NCBI GenBank assembly: GCA_965225945.1
Contig: CBDDBZ010000028.1
Span: forward strand, 1-64,000
Direction: 5' to 3'
Origin: Alphaproteobacteria bacterium
GTDB taxonomy: Bacteria; Pseudomonadota; Alphaproteobacteria; GCA-2731375
DNA length: 64,000 nucleotides
Part shown: positions 63,547 to 64,000 of the stretch, one piece after another
Numbering within the stretch: position 1 is the first letter of the stretch
Layout: each line of letters opens with the position of its first letter
Position numbers and translations under genes: made by a program
The notes under the pieces: generated by a model
What the model was told of the DNA's origin: nothing
Databases searched by the model: none
What the model saw: only the letters and a program-made list of their open reading frames with translations

Positions 63547-64000
63547 ATGGAAACGCAACGAGGCGCCGCCCGACGAGTCTGGTGGCGCCGGACGGGCACC
63601 TCGATGATCGCGGCAGTGTCGATGCTCATGGCGGCGCCAAGCCGAGCCGAGCCGGTCGCGCTCGAGCTGTTGCTCGCGGTCGACGTCTCGCCGAGCATCA
63701 ATCGGGGCGAATACATTCTGCAAATGCAGGGCCTCGCGGCCGCCGTCCGCGGCCCGGAGGTGATCGAGGCGATCGGGAGCCTGGCGCCGCGTGGGGTGGC
63801 GATGGCGCTGCTGATGTGGGCGGGCGTCGGCGAGGTGCGGCTGGTCCTCGACTGGCGTCGGGTGGCGAACCGCGCGGGCGCGGAAGCCTTCGCCGACGAG
63901 ATCGATCTGGCGCCGCGGCTACGCTCGAGCGGCGGCACCGCGATCGGCGATGCGATTCGACACGGTGCGCGCCTGCTCGCCGCGAACCGGTTCGAGGGTG
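63547..64000 (+). CDS. DUF1194 (vWA-like) protein, runs off the window end
   Basis: LELLLAVDVSPSI...EY.LQ..GLA...W...GGTAIGDAI. Confidence 0.85.
   Translation, partial: METQRGAARRVWWRRTGTSMIAAVSMLMAAPSRAEPVALELLLAVDVSPSINRGEYILQMQGLAAAVRGPEVIEAIGSLAPRGVAMALLMWAGVGEVRLVLDWRRVANRAGAEAFADEIDLAPRLRSSGGTAIGDAIRHGARLLAANRFEG

Overview
High-GC (about 70% by eye) alphaproteobacterial chromosome segment, Rhodospirillales-like. Housekeeping genes: nth, mutL, pgi, yggS, rppH, ctpA-envC-gpmI and the F1 ATP synthase genes atpHAGDC. Catabolic blocks: acyl-CoA ligase, luciferase-like monooxygenase, SDR, a xanthine-dehydrogenase-family molybdoenzyme, a CoA-transferase/lactonase operon, a peptide-type ABC transporter and an N-carbamoylase. 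Mobile DNA: three IS (IS1182-like, IS4-like, IS1595-like), a RAYT relic and at least two families of Y-shaped palindromic MITEs. Several genes carry frameshifts that may be real or may be sequencing indels. The most striking signal is in the first ~830 bp, a low-GC island end. A stand-alone PBECR2-like (RelE/barnase-superfamily) nuclease gene faces a ~150-nt minus-strand non-coding unit with its own sigma70-like promoter, a cloverleaf with loop-loop complementarity, and a terminator overlapping the gene's 3' end. This is a candidate undescribed nuclease plus structured-RNA toxin-antitoxin or defence module. All family calls come from motif recognition by eye; no searches were run.
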